Shown one piece after another: positions 25,938-38,694 of a DNA stretch of 64,000 nt. The position numbers were made by a program, and so were the translations under genes. How positions within the stretch are numbered: position 1 is the stretch's first letter; every line of letters starts with the position of its first letter. The stretch comes from Camelus dromedarius (lineage: Eukaryota). The stretch is taken from positions 13,764,001 to 13,828,000 of the forward strand of contig NC_087436.1 of NCBI RefSeq assembly GCF_036321535.1, in the 5' to 3' direction. The notes under the pieces are model-generated. The model did not search any database. It saw nothing but the letters and a program-made list of their open reading frames with translations, and had not been told where the DNA came from.

Positions 25938-26345
25938 TTTTTTTTTTCAAATTAAAGATAGTTGATTTACAACATTGTGTTAGTTTCTCATGTATAGCTT
26001 AGTGATTCAGTTATACATTTATATGTATATACTTTTTCAGATTCTTTTTTATTATAGGTTATTACAAGCTATTGAATATGGTTCCCTGTGCTGTACAGTA
26101 GGTCCTTATTTTTTATTGACTTATTTTTTAACTGGAGGTACTGGGGATTGAACCCAGGACCTTTTGCATGCTAGGCAGGCACTCTACCATTGAGCTATCC
26201 CCTCCCCCAGTCCTTATTTTTTTAAATCTATTTTATGTAAAGTAGTTTGTATCTGCTAATCCCAAACTCCGAATTTATCCCTTCCCCTCCCACTTTGGTA
26301 ACCAGAAGTTTGTTTTCTATGTCTGTGAGTCTGTTTCTGTTTTCT
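25938..26345 (-). mobile_element. Young L1 3' end with nested SINE, inside L2 (about 25720-26720)
   Basis: Poly-T start; tagttgatttacaacattgtgttagtttc...tgctaatcccaaactcc...tttgttttctatgtctgtgagtctgtttctgtttt. Confidence 0.85.
26115..26209 (-). mobile_element. tRNA-Ala-derived SINE nested in L1
   Basis: TSD gtccttatttttt (26102-26114 / 26210-26222). Confidence 0.9.
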
Positions 26346-27627
26346 ATTCCCTTGATACTAGGAGTTCCACTCTGAATTTTCTCATAAATGTTTGTCCCCA
26401 CTCACGAAAGGACAGATGGGTGTGACCTCGACCCTCCCCTGACTCCAGCCCATCTTGAGGTTGCTGCCAGTGATCCCTCTAAAACACAGATTTAATTATT
26501 TCCCTGCTTGAAAACTTTGAATGGGTTCCTATTACCTACGGAATAAAGTCTAAATTCTTAGCAGAGCCTGCGAGGCCCTCCTGTCTGACTCCTGGCCACA
26601 CTTAAGAATTTCTTAACTCCCACCCCTCCCCTAGTCACCCCAAGTTCCAGGAATGAACTAATTGCATTTCCTAAAAGTCTCACTGAATTTCCCAATTCCA
26701 CGCTTTTGCTATGATTATAGCAACAATCACCCTATGCCAAGTAGTGCATGAAGCCACTCTAAAAGATGTCGCCACCCCCTCCACCAACCCGCCTTGCTCA
26801 GGAGCAGCAGAGTGGGAGAGTCCGGTTGAGAAACTGGGTTTTATGACCACACAAGGCAGTCAGTGCTGTCAGGCCCAGTCCTGCCCACCTGGTGGTGCCT
26901 TCTCCTAGTTTTCAGGGAGAGCTGGTGCCCCTCTTTTGTCTAGACTCCCCCAGGCAGAGCTGCTCACCCTCTTGTCTGTGCTGCCCTTCAGGAGATTTGG
27001 TCACACTTTTGTGATCTTACTGGTCTTTGCATCCCTGGCACCTGGGACATTTGATGCACACATGTCAGAACCAGGTGGCCGTGTCCTCAGGAAAACCAAG
27101 TCAGCACTTACCTGTGTCCTCCACCGGACCCAACCCAAATGGCAGCGAGCGCCAGGGTCAGCAGCAATGATGCTGCCTCTTAGAGCCTTCGTGCAAATCT
27201 AGAATGAGCTTCATTTCTCTAATAGACTCTAAACCCTTTTTTTTTTTTCAATCCTCTAAAACATTTCCACTGTGCCTTTCCCTTACAGAACCTCCAGCGG
27301 CTGCCTATGGCTGAGAGCAGGGCTGGAATGGGGACACCAAGCTGCTGCCCCCTTCCTGATGGTGGGGAGAGAAAGACGTTGCCCAGAACTGGCACAGAAG
27401 GATCCCTCTTTGTCCCGTCGGTTATGTTCACCGAGCTCAAGGAGACTCTCTTCTGAGACACAGGTGTGCCTGTCAGTCCTTCTGACTTAGAGTACAATAT
27501 TTTAACCAAGTCATTTTAAACTTGGACTGAGCTAAGTACTTGGTGACTGTGACTGACATTTACATATGACAAGAGAGTCTGATGGTTTTCCAATTTTGAG
27601 GAATTGGAACCTTTACTTGAAGGGCAT

Positions 27628-27709
27628 ACATACATATATTTTTAATGGAGGCACTGGGGATTGAACCCAAGGCCTCGTGCATGTGTTCTACCACTTGAAT
27701 ATACCCAGA
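27628..27709 (-). mobile_element. tRNA-Ala-derived SINE with anticodon-arm deletion
   Basis: TSD ttgaagggcat (27617-27627 / 27710-27720). Confidence 0.85.
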
Positions 27710-28030
27710 TTGAAGGGCATTTTTTTTTTTTACTTAACAGCAATTTTTATTTGAATGCTATCTTGAAATGTACATACATAAAACTGGGTATATAACCCTT
27801 ATGCATTTATTATAAAATCAAAAGAAATTTACAAAGTAAATATGATCAAAGCTACAATACCAATAGACTCCGAATTAGCCCCATTTCACGGGGATAATTT
27901 CAGAACCAAGTGGAGTTGGAAGGAAGACAGACGCGTTCTGGGTGTGGCTGTATTGCTGTGTAGGACCAGGGCGCGCAGAACAGTTAGGTTCGTGCCCATG
28001 AGGAGTGACAGGCAAGAAAAATGCAGGTGG

Positions 28031-28048
28031 TAAAAAAAAAAAAAAAGA
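28031..28048 (+). mobile_element. Poly(A)-only insertion with perfect 17-bp TSD
   Basis: aagaaaaatgcaggtgg at 28014-28030 and 28049-28065 flank t(a)15ga. Confidence 0.8.
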
Positions 28049-28142
28049 AAGAAAAATGCAGGTGGGAGCAAGCAAAAGAGAATTAACGAATTAATCCTTT
28101 CTTTTTCAAAAGAATAATTAATTAACTTTCGTTTAGAATTCT

Positions 28143-28281
28143 TTTTTTAAAAAAATTTATTTAGGGGAAGGGAGATAATTAGGTTTATTTATTTATTCTT
28201 AGAGGAGGCACTGGGGATTGAACCCAGGACCTTATGCATGCCAAGCATGCACTCTGCCACTTGAGCTATACCCTCCCCCCT
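28143..28281 (-). mobile_element. tRNA-Ala-derived SINE
   Basis: Full length; TSD tttagaattct / tttaggattct. Confidence 0.9.
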
Positions 28282-29382
28282 TGGTTTAGGATTCTGATGC
28301 TATATCTTCTTTGCAGAGCCATCTGTAAATCATTTGGGGTTGTCACAGCCAGGATGATATGGTTAAATTTCATACTCATTCAGGACTTTATCTCTCCCAC
28401 TTGAATCACATCCTCACCTGAGGTCAAAAGCACCTCTCACTCTAACTTGCCATACTTGCTGCTTCTCCCACTTTGGGCTTATTCTGCTTACCAGAGGCTA
28501 GAATGTCACAGTCCCATTTTCATTTATTCTGTCAACAAACCTTCACAAAAGATCCGTGTTTACAGGACCTGGCTGGGAGGGGGCAGGAGCGCCAGTTAGC
28601 ACCTTCACATCACACCAAGATGCTCTTCTGATCAACCTTGTTCTTCTCTGGCTGCTTTTTCTCCATTAAGCCTTGATTAAGTGTTCAAATAATAACAAAT
28701 TAATATGTTCCCAATATTTTCTGAACAAAAAAGTCAGTCAAACACCTGACATAGGATATATAACGGCTCAGCACATCTGAAGTCCAGTCTGCCCTGGAAA
28801 AGCATAGTTTAACATTTTCCTTCCCGGACCACACTGCCCTCTTGTCTCCTCTGTAAGGAACTAAGGAAAGAAGCGTTTTTCGTAGTCTGGACTGGAATTT
28901 TGAGATAAGACCAGAGCTGAGGGGGCAGAGGAAAGGAGGGGGTGGTCTGAGAGGGAGCAAGACACAGGGAGAGAAAGGACAAGACGTGACAGCCCCACTG
29001 GAACAGTCATTGCTTCTCACATTCGTGGTGCCAGTCCAGGAATCTGTCCTGGTAAACTCTTCTTGACTTTCTGTTCTGTTTCTTTTCAGTGGAGTTGAGA
29101 GACACTACTGCCAGACTGCAAAACTTTAGTAGTATAAATAACTTAGGCAGGGTTCAGAGAATAACCCCGGTGAGAACCACCGTGACTGACGTGTGGGCGA
29201 AGGTGTTTATTAATAGACAAAGAAACAGAAATCACCTAGCTTGGGGGAAAGCAAGTTTAGGATCAATCTAATAGCGATCTTTAGTAGATAAAAGGTCACA
29301 TAGGGGCAAGGGACCACTGGGAAAAAGACATAATCTTCCAGCCTCTCCATCTTAGAATCTCTATTTTTAAAAAGATGTGATG

Positions 29383-29530
29383 TAATAACCTTTAATGAAA
29401 AAGAATATGAAAACAAATATGTGTATGTATGTGCGTGACTGAGACACTGGGCTGCACACCAGAAATTGATACATTGTAACTGACTCTACTTCAATTTAAA
29501 AAAAATTGTTTTTAAATAAAATAAAAGATA
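29383..29530 (+). mobile_element. Short young L1 3' end
   Basis: taataacctttaatgaaaaagaatatgaaaacaaa...cttcaatttaaaa; TSD aaaagatgtgatg / aaaagaagtgatg. Confidence 0.85.
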
Positions 29531-29750
29531 AAAAGAAGTGATGGAAGTCTCATAACTTTCTAAAAGTGAGGCTGAGAAATGAAGGGTTGGTCAGTACTCC
29601 TGTGGAGCGTGGCTTCTACAAAATTAGGAAGAAGCCTCTGCAGTCAGAGCAGTAAAGGATTTTTACAATATGCATAAAATGTACTTAATGCCACTGAACT
29701 ATACATTGAAAAATGGTCAAAATGGTCAATTTTATGTTATGTATATTCAA

Positions 29751-29752
<2 letters not shown>

Positions 29753-29824
<72 letters not shown>
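29753..29824. repeat. (CA)n microsatellite, about 36 units
   Basis: Pure CA run at the end of an L1MB-like tail (29675-29750). Confidence 0.97.
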
Positions 29825-29826
<2 letters not shown>

Positions 29827-31479
29827 ATCCATGAAAGAAAATGAGAGCTAATATGTTTCCAATTCCCAAATAATGTCACTTTTAGGAATATTATTTCACA
29901 GCGCCCAAAATATACCAAGTCATCTATTTTTCTCAGTTGCTTTTACTAGCCTCAGTTTTCCTGCAAAAGCACTTCAAGGGAGCAATGGAGACTGTTAGAA
30001 TGTAGCCTTCTGACTTGAATACGGGCGCAGAGTGGTTGGATGTAGTTGGTGACACATCCCTGACCATCTCTGGGCAGAGTCTGAGTCAAGGCCAGGGACC
30101 AGCACACCCATGAGCATGGGTGGGTGGGGCAGGATTTTTTACATCAGGCAGAAATGTCCCTGAGAGCTGAGTCTAGAGATATGAATTCCCGGGCCTTCTT
30201 CATTCCCGAATTTTCCCCTTCCAGGAAGAGGTTCCCTCCACTCCTGACCTTAGGCCTTCCTTCCCCTTTATTCAGTGGAACAGTCAGTGGTCTAACTTGA
30301 CACTGAACTGCAGGGGCTACAGTTTCCTCTCCTCAGCTCACTTGACGGGGCCGACAACTGACTTTCTTGTCTGGCTTGAAAGGAGAGGGCTTCACTCGTT
30401 TTAATCTTCCAGAAAATAACTTTAGGTGAAAACAGCTCAGGATGACTTGTAAGAGACATGAACGTACTCCCTCAAAAGAAAATTTTATCCAAGGCTTTAA
30501 AAGTCTATCTGAATAGATTTTCAGGTATATATGCGTATATCTAAAAATCTTTCAAAGGTAGAAAAATTCTAATGTCTCCCACTTCCCTTATGTCGGCGCT
30601 TTGCATTATCTCCACGCAGGTCAGGTCTGTGCGCTGCTCTTGTAAATGCTCATCCCCTTTGGCTCCTGTCCTGGGCGTGACTGGACGGGCCGGTGGGTTC
30701 CTGCCAAGTCCTGGTGCTGCCGATGTGCTGCGTTCAACACCAGAGACTTGAGAGCCCACTGAGTTTGGGGGTGCACCGTCAGGGCCAGCTGGTCCTTTCA
30801 GAATATAAGGTGGCATTCCCATCTGCCTGACAGCGGACGCCCTGCAGTGAGTTCAAGGAAAAGGATTTTTTCATTGGGGGTGGGGCGATAAGGTCAAAAG
30901 CTGCCCCCAAAGCCATTTTAGAGCTGATAAAGAGAGTCTTATTTCAGTAAAAATTCAGTAAAAGGCAGACTTTTGAAATTAAGGTGAAAGCTGAGAGGAG
31001 AAAGGTTAGGAATTTCTTTAATTCGTTTTACCTAAAAGCCAGAACCCAGCTCAACACTCAAAGTGTCCAAAATTTGGATGCAGGAAAGATATTCCTGTGT
31101 CAAGAATTCCACTCCCCATACGTTCTACCCAGAAAACCACCGTGGGAGTCAGGGGTCAGGGAGGGAGGGGAGGAGGAAGTCAGGGGAGCTGAGGGTGCAC
31201 TCAGGCCTCAGTCTCACCCACAAACAGAGACAAGGGTCTGGATTCGGTCTCTTGTCTGTGAGATCAGAAAGAACCCATCTCAGAAACTAAGAGGCCCTTG
31301 AACGAGGCCCTTGAAGTCCAGCCCCAGCCTCTTTGGCAACCAAATAAATGCTAGAAGATGTATTCGCTGCCATAGTTGTTTTTAAAAAGTGATGTGGAAA
31401 GATATACTTTGGTTTTTTTTTTTTTTTTAGAAAAAGAAGACCCTTTGCATCACATCTCCCTCTTAAAAAATACAGGTCT

Positions 31480-32360
31480 GTTCAGCCTTAAAATGGAACA
31501 CCAAAAAATAAATTAAAAATTGTTTTTACAGAACCAGACTTGCAGACTTAGTAAACAATCCTATGGTTACTGGGGAAAGAGGGAGGGAGGGGACAAATCT
31601 GGGAGTTTGAGATTTACAAATGTTAGCCACTGTATATAAAAAAAGATTTTTTAAAAGTTTCTTTTGTATAGCACAGGGAACTACGTTCAATATCTTGTTA
31701 TAACCTTTAATGGAAAAAATATGAAAATGAATATATGTGTGTATATGCATGACTGGGACATTGTGCTGTACACCAGAGATAGACACATTGTAACTGACTG
31801 TACTTCAACTTAAAAAAATTGTTTTAAAATGGAAGACAGTTCTAACACTCACTATGACATGGATGTACATCATGCTAAATCAAGTGAGCCAGTCACAAAA
31901 GAACACTCTCAGATTTCACTTACATGAAGTGCCTACACCAGTCAACTCATAGACCCAGAGAGCAGAGTGTTGTGGCTGCCAGGGGCTGGGGGACGGGAGG
32001 ACGGGGCTGTTACTGTTTAATAGGTAGAGAGTCTCAGTTTGGGAAGATGAAGGAACTCTGGAAGTGGACAGTGGTGATGGTTACACAAGAATGCGAATGT
32101 ACTGAGTGGTACAGAACGCCACACTTAAAAATGGTTAAAATCTCCTTTACTTTTTTTTTAGATTCCACATAAGGCAACTATGGTCAATATCTTGTAATAA
32201 CCTTTAACTGAAAAAAATATGAAAATGAATATAAGTGTGTATACGCATGACTGGGACATTGTTCTGTACACCAGAGACTGACACATTGTAATTCAATTTT
32301 AAAAAATGGTTAAAATGGTAAATTTGGCATTATGTATAACTTACCACAATGTAAAACTTT
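31480..32360 (+). mobile_element. Old L1MB-like 3' end with nested young L1 insertions at about 31499-31823 and 32142-32301
   Basis: Host motifs agccagtcacaaaag...gtggctgccaggggctgggg...cagtttgggaagatg...cacttaaaaatggttaaaatggtaaatt; the inserts carry TSDs. Confidence 0.8.
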
Positions 32361-32504
32361 TTTTTAAGTGTAGGCCCTCATCTGGTGACAGTTCTTTTTT
32401 CTAGCTATTTTAACCTGATGTAATCTATGTCTGGTTCCCAAAACATAGGGCAAGACTTGTAAATTTGTTTTATCTTAGTAAATGCCTTTTTTAAATTGTC
32501 TATT

Positions 32505-32702
32505 TGAATGTTGCCAAGAGAGTAGATCTTTAAAGTCCTCATCACAAGACAAGAAATGTATAACCCTGTGAGGTGACAGATGTTAACTAGATTTATGGTG
32601 GCAATCATTTCACAGTATATACATTTATCAAATCATTGTGTCGTACACCTTAAACTTATACAATGTTATATGTCAGTTATATCTCAATAAGATCGGAAAA
32701 AA
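32505..32702 (+). mobile_element. L1 3' end (L1MA-like)
   Basis: gttgccaagagagtagatctttaaagtcctcatcacaag...tatatctcaataag. Confidence 0.85.
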
Positions 32703-34848
32703 GGTTTGATTGTTAAATTCTTGTGATGTATTTAAGGAGTCTATTCATTACTTAAGCGTAATATGTGAATAAAAATGTTATATTCACATTTTATTAAAAA
32801 GTCATCTGATCTGATTGAATGTTTATGCTCAAAAATTTGGTTTAGCTCTTAATAAATATCTTTTGAATCACAACTGGGAACATGACAGTGACTCTCTCAA
32901 ACTGCACCTGAAGTTTGCAAGCTGCCTGACGCAGGCAGAGGTGCACGATTTATTTTTATAATTAGCTTCGAGCAAGAGTTGATTAAATGCGTGATAAAAT
33001 AACTTCTTGGAAGACAAGGCTTTCCTCTTAATTTCCCACCCTCTTTCTCTCCTTCTCTCCCTCATGAACACCACATAAAAAGTGTCAGTTTGTAATTTTT
33101 TTTTTCTTTTTTAAGTAGGAGCATCAAAGTTGGATGGGGACGTCATTCCTCTCTGCCTGCAAACAACCCACATTCCAGTCTGGGAACATCCCTCATTCCA
33201 TTCCAACGTGGCAATGCCCTTTTAAAGAGCTGGCAGCTTAGCCAGCACCAAATCAGGGTCGAAGGTGCGAGGGACATTTCCTGTGTCTCTTTCCCCCAAT
33301 GTGGTTGCATCTTCGGGGGACGTGGGTGGGGAGCACGCTGGGAAATAAAGCCCTCTGGTCCCCGAGTTCCTCTTTCTATTTCTGTGGTTCTCACTTCCCC
33401 TCCCATTAGAAATCCCCCTGTGGTGGCGATGCTTTCTCTGCTCGGTTCCCTGTTATTTCCCTTTTGCTTCTCTCTCGACACCTCTTAGGGGCTGGTCCCT
33501 GTCACCCTGCTACTGCCCATCTCTCTGTCTTCACATCTTGAGTTCCATTTCCCCCAACGTATCCGCAGGCCGTTCCTCTAGCAAACACAACTCGCTGCTT
33601 TCAAGAGCCTCCTTGGCCTTTGCAATCCCAGTGGTTCTTCCTGGCACATTTGCACACGGCAGGCAGTGGGGGAGGGAGTCAGGGCTGCCTTCTGGCTGCG
33701 ATCACCTGCCACCAGGCGTCTAGGGTGCGAGGGAGGTAAATTCTGTATGTGTGAGCTTGCCTGGTGCTTCCTGGCAACTCAGAGAGATTCCTAGGGAAGC
33801 GCTTACCTCCCACTGTTTCCTGGAGTTATAGGTCTTCTTTCACAGCAATAGTGTCTTCTGGAAAAATAGAAATAAAAGAGAGTTGTAGTGGGTAAGTTGC
33901 TTCTGAAATCTAAATTCTCATCAGGGCCTTCGCTACCTGCCAAAAATTCCAACCCTATACAACCTTCTATGTCTCCTCCGGTTTGACTCGGTTTAAGTGA
34001 CTCTGACTTGGTCCCCAGAACCCCTTCTGCATCTTTTCATTTTAGAGTGCCGGTGTGGTTAACCCTCACCCCTTCCCATCCTGCTGTTCTGGGGCGTGTA
34101 CCAGTGCTCAGACAGGCTAAGCTGAAGTTTATTGCCGCACTTATACCAAAAAAGAGTTTGCCCTTTGTAGTGGTTATAAATATCAGTCCCCAAACTCATT
34201 TCTGCAGAAATATGTTTTTATTTTCTACCTCAACTTCTTTTCCATTTCAGATCCCATCCTGAAGGATGGGAAATTTAACCTCACCCTGTTTCCCAAGATT
34301 GTGCCACAGTTTTGGGCTCTTACCAACTATCAAGGGCTTGTACAGCTGGTCCTCTGTTCATAGACATTACCTGCTGCAAAGAAGTCCCCTAGGCAGGCAG
34401 CTCTTAGAGGAGTTTGCTTCTAATAGCAGGGACGTCTTCCCTTCATTTCTGGCCGAGATATTTTGGCTACTCCCCTTCCTTCATGCTTTTAGGGGTTGTT
34501 TTTTTAAGCCTGCTTTTACTTTCCTTTATTACTTTTTTTTCATTTTTCAGTTTTCTTAGGTAAAATTGACACAGTTTGACTGCACATATACAATACATTG
34601 CATGTAAATTCGTATATACAATATACTTCACAAAGTTTTTAACCTACATATATGTACTGTCCATTGTTTCTAAGAACAGTTTAGAGCTTCAGCTTTTTAA
34701 ACTTACATAGTTATCAAAGGAGTAAAGCCAACCACAAAATAAGAATCAACAGAATGCGGTGATCCAGTCATAAAGGACAGTCAAATGTGCTTACACACAT
34801 TCAGGAAATCAGTCATCTAAGTTATAAATAATAAGTTCACTTGTGACC

Positions 34849-35083
34849 TTTTTTTTAGATTCCACAGATAAGTGATATCATATAGCATTTTTCTTTCTCT
34901 TTCTGGCTTACTTCACTTAGAATGACGATCTCCAGGTCCATCCATGTTGCTGCAAATGGCATTATTTCATTCTTTTTTGTGGCTGAGTAGTATTCCATTG
35001 TATATATGTACCACATCTACTTCATCCAGTCATCTGTTGATGGACATTTGGGCTGTTTCCATGTCTTGGCTATTGTAAATAGT
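34849..35083 (-). mobile_element. Young L1 3'UTR fragment
   Basis: tttttagattccacagataagtgatatc...ttctggcttacttcacttagaatgacgatctccaggtccatccatgttgctgc. Confidence 0.9.
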
Positions 35084-35503
35084 AGGCAGGAGTTTTTGAA
35101 CACCGGCACTGAATGTGATAGTTACAAATGATTTTTGGCTACCTCACTGATTAAAGAGCACCCTTCACTTTAAGTAATTGTCTAGTCTTTATGTAAATTT
35201 GCATATATAGACGAAAAATTTGCATTTCTCTAAAATTAGTTCATGAGTTACTCAAACTCTCTTTCCTGGAGAAAATTAGCAAGACATTTCTAAGTTTATA
35301 GATAATACTCCTATAATTTAGGACTACCAAACAGGCCCACAGCTCTGGCTTGCTTACTAATTTATTTTCACTAAAAAGTGAAGCAAAAGTAATTAAGGAC
35401 ATCTAACAAGGTATAGAATACCTATTTTTACTCAGTATGCATCTAGGAAAATCATCTTGCTTCCATCCTAAATACCCCAAACTTGGAGTCATTCAGCAGA
35501 CTT

Positions 35504-35590
35504 ATTTTTTTTAGTGGAGGTCCTGGGGATTGAACCCGGGACCCCATTCATGCTAAACACATGCTCTACCACTCAGCTACTACCCTTCTG
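35504..35590 (-). mobile_element. tRNA-Ala-derived SINE (short tail)
   Basis: TSD-like cagcagactt / cagcaaactt. Confidence 0.85.
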
Positions 35591-36077
35591 TGCAGCAAAC
35601 TTTTAATTGTGGCACAGGGCTGTGGCTGGGACAGCTTTTCACACTTCTTACATTGATTTATTCAGTTTCCATATAAGTTGCTACTTCAGGAGCACTTTAA
35701 AATAATTTTGTTTCACAGATGTTAATGTACATTCGTACGTGAACCTGCAGTTTACCCAATGTTCTAGATTCATTATCTTCTGGCGCCTCATAATAACTCT
35801 AAGTACTTGTGGTTTTTTAAAGGGCTTTTAAAATAGTACCTGCAGCTGACATTTGGCTACAGATACGAGCCGAGCCAGGGGCTGAGTGAGCGAGGGGAGC
35901 CCAGCTAGTTCTCCGGGCATGTGTGGAAGAGGCCTGCCAGCTACGTATTAGAACGACGGTAACTCCTCCCATTCTTCTTATTTTTGTGGAAATCCATGAA
36001 TAGCTTTATTTTCAGTGTACTTACTACAGACTGAAATACTCAAGTGGTTCTGAAAATGGACCACGAAAAAGTTATGA

Positions 36078-36265
36078 GTAGATAAACAAGTTTCTACTGT
36101 AGAGCACAGGCAACTATATTCAACATCTTGTAGTAACCTATAATGGAAAAGAGTATGAAAATGAATAGATGCCTGTATGTGTATGACTGAAACATGATGC
36201 TGTACACCAGAAATTGACACAACATTGTAAACTGACTATACTTCAGTTTAAGAAAAGAAAGAAAA
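36078..36265 (+). mobile_element. Young L1 3' end
   Basis: tagataaacaagtttctactgtagagcacagggcaactatattcaa...ctgactatacttca. Confidence 0.85.
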
Positions 36266-36769
36266 GGGTCATAAAATGGGTCAGTGGGAAAAAGGAGGAG
36301 TTATAATTTTTATACACATAATTTAATATGTGATATATATACACACACACACATATATATATATATTTAAATATATATCACAATTGAAATTGCAAACAAT
36401 AAAAATATTCCAGTAAGGTTTACAATCCAGCCTGTATTCAATACTGGAGAGAGAGAGAAGGGTGGGGTCTAAGATTTCTAAATCTTGGAACTTCCTACCC
36501 TTAGAGATACAAAAGCTGAGAACAGAACAGTTGAGGGCTAGAGGCAATCCTTCTCACAAAAATAAACACACACACACACAGCTAAAATGACTGTAAGCGT
36601 TCTTCAATTTACTTTTTCTTCCAAAATGTAAATGGCAGACTTCTCTTATTCAGTTGTATTTCAAGTGTCATTTGACAGCATCATTTGGGAAGTTACTCGA
36701 ACCAGAAACTGGGAACCACTTTTAACATCATATGCTTCCTCCCGCCCCTTCCCCCTCCATCCCTCCATC

Positions 36770-37870
36770 CCATCCAACCAGCCATTCAGTCTCCTCTGTT
36801 CAGCCTGTAAAATATGTTAAATATCTGTTGACTTCTCTCCTTCCCTGCCCTCATTCAAGCCCCCAGCACCTCTGACCTGGATTATTATAGTAACCCGTCT
36901 CCCCTTGGCCAGTCTTGTTCTCCGTCCACACCGCACACCAGGAGCCCCTCGAGTGGGACCTGCAGCTACAGAGATCACAGGAGGAGCCAGTGGGCTGTGG
37001 GATGAAAACTTAGGACTTCAACTTGTCCTTTAAAAATGACTGTTCTTCTGTATTTTGTTTATTTTTGAAGTTATTTTATTTATTTGTTTCTTTAATTTAC
37101 TTTTGGGGTGGATAATTAGATTTTTTATCTATTTATTTTTTTAATTCAGGTACTGAGGATTGAACCCAGGACCTCATGCATTCTAAGCATGCGCTCCAGC
37201 ACTGAGCTAGACCCTCCCTCTTCTGTATTTTGTAATACACATAACAAGATGTAAGAACAAATATACTTGCATTGGCACGTGGGTTTTAAATGTTTTATTG
37301 GTAGAGGGACACTATTTTAAAAGTTTGGTGACCCCAGCTTTACACGGCAGTCAGAGTGATTTTGAAAAATCCAGATCTGACTGGGTTAAATCTTTTGCTG
37401 AAGCCACTCAATGGATTCCCATCGTCCGCAGAGTCCACAATCTGTGACAGTTCCTACAAACCCTGAAGGGTCTGTCACCTTCTGATTGCCCAGCCTCCTC
37501 TCCCTTTTCCTGGGCGTGGGGCTCTTTCCCATTGACTCCCCTGAAGCCAGGTTTTTTTGCCACAGGAAATTGTCACACTCTTGTTCCCTCTGCCTCCACA
37601 AAGCTGTAGGTTTTGGTTTTAATGCTGTTTTCTTCCCTGACACCCCCTTCCCCACACACCATCTCTCCCCAGCCCAAATTGTCTCTCAGTTAAACTCTCT
37701 TACACCCTGAGTTTTCCACCATCATACTTAGTAGAGTTGCTATGATGTATGTATAGATTTTTGTTCTATGTTTTCCACACTAGGCCACCATCTTCACGAA
37801 AACTCATCTACCACTGTACCTCCAGCACCTAATAAGGGCACAGTATTGTTGAAAAAAGAATGAATGAATG
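36770..37870 (+). mobile_element. L2 with nested hAT-like piece (about 36938-37338) and SINE
   Basis: L2 motifs and terminal gaatgaatgaatg; nested piece ends aaaagtttggtgaccccag. Confidence 0.6.
37059..37218 (-). mobile_element. tRNA-Ala-derived SINE
   Basis: Perfect 15-bp TSD tcttctgtattttgt (37044-37058 / 37219-37233). Confidence 0.92.
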
Positions 37871-38660
37871 TACCAACTGTCACTCCCACATTTACTTCCC
37901 AAGAGTTAGGGAGCCTGGGAGGATCCCCAGAGCATCACCTCAGGGAATCTCTATCCTTGCCGGGGTTCATCTGCCCTGCTGCAGAATACCTAAGACTAGG
38001 AACCACCTGTTTCTCTATGAGGACTTTTGCAAGGTCCCGGAACAGTTACTCCCCAGCAGCCCCTGAAAAGCTTGATTACAGCCCCGAGCAATGAGTAACC
38101 ACCTAGGTCTACTTCTGTTTCAGGGCAAGACCTCTCCTTCATCTCTGGGAATGGTGTAAAGGAGCCATTTCCTAGGGGACTGGAGATCTCTGGTGTTCCA
38201 AGTTCTTTTGTAAGAAAAAGTTTCAGCTTGCTTAATTTCCAGAATTCTCAGAAAGTTACAAGTATCCCTTAAAACAGGGCAAGTGGGCTGGGTGGGGCTT
38301 GGGAGATCTTACTAAGGCTTTACTGTGATAGATTAAATGCTTGCACTCCCCTTCTTGAGAACTGGCTTTGTCGAGGGGACGGAAGAAAATTAACAGCCTC
38401 CCTGATTCTGCAGTTTTCTTCTCTCTCTTAGAGAAACCAGTTTAGAAGGAAGGGTGACACAGGGATTGAGTGTAAACCTGGAATAAATAGCAAAGAGGAC
38501 ATGGAAGTGGCTTTTGCCCACCGACACAAGGACCAAAGAAAGAGAAGGAAAACGGAGGAAAAGACGTGCCTGCTGCTTTTTGTGGTAATTACACAAAATG
38601 GAAACAGAGGAGAGTTAAATGCCTTTTCAGGACTTAGGATGAATTTAAAACAGAATAAGT

Positions 38661-38661
<1 letters not shown>

Positions 38662-38693
<32 letters not shown>
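38662..38693. repeat. Poly(T) tract, about 31 nt
   Basis: Direct observation. Confidence 0.95.

Positions 38694-38694
<1 letters not shown>

Noticed and set aside
26881..26898. CTCF-like CCACCAGGTGGGCAG on the minus strand
   Set aside because: Mismatch at a core position; cannot be supported without a PWM scan or ChIP data.
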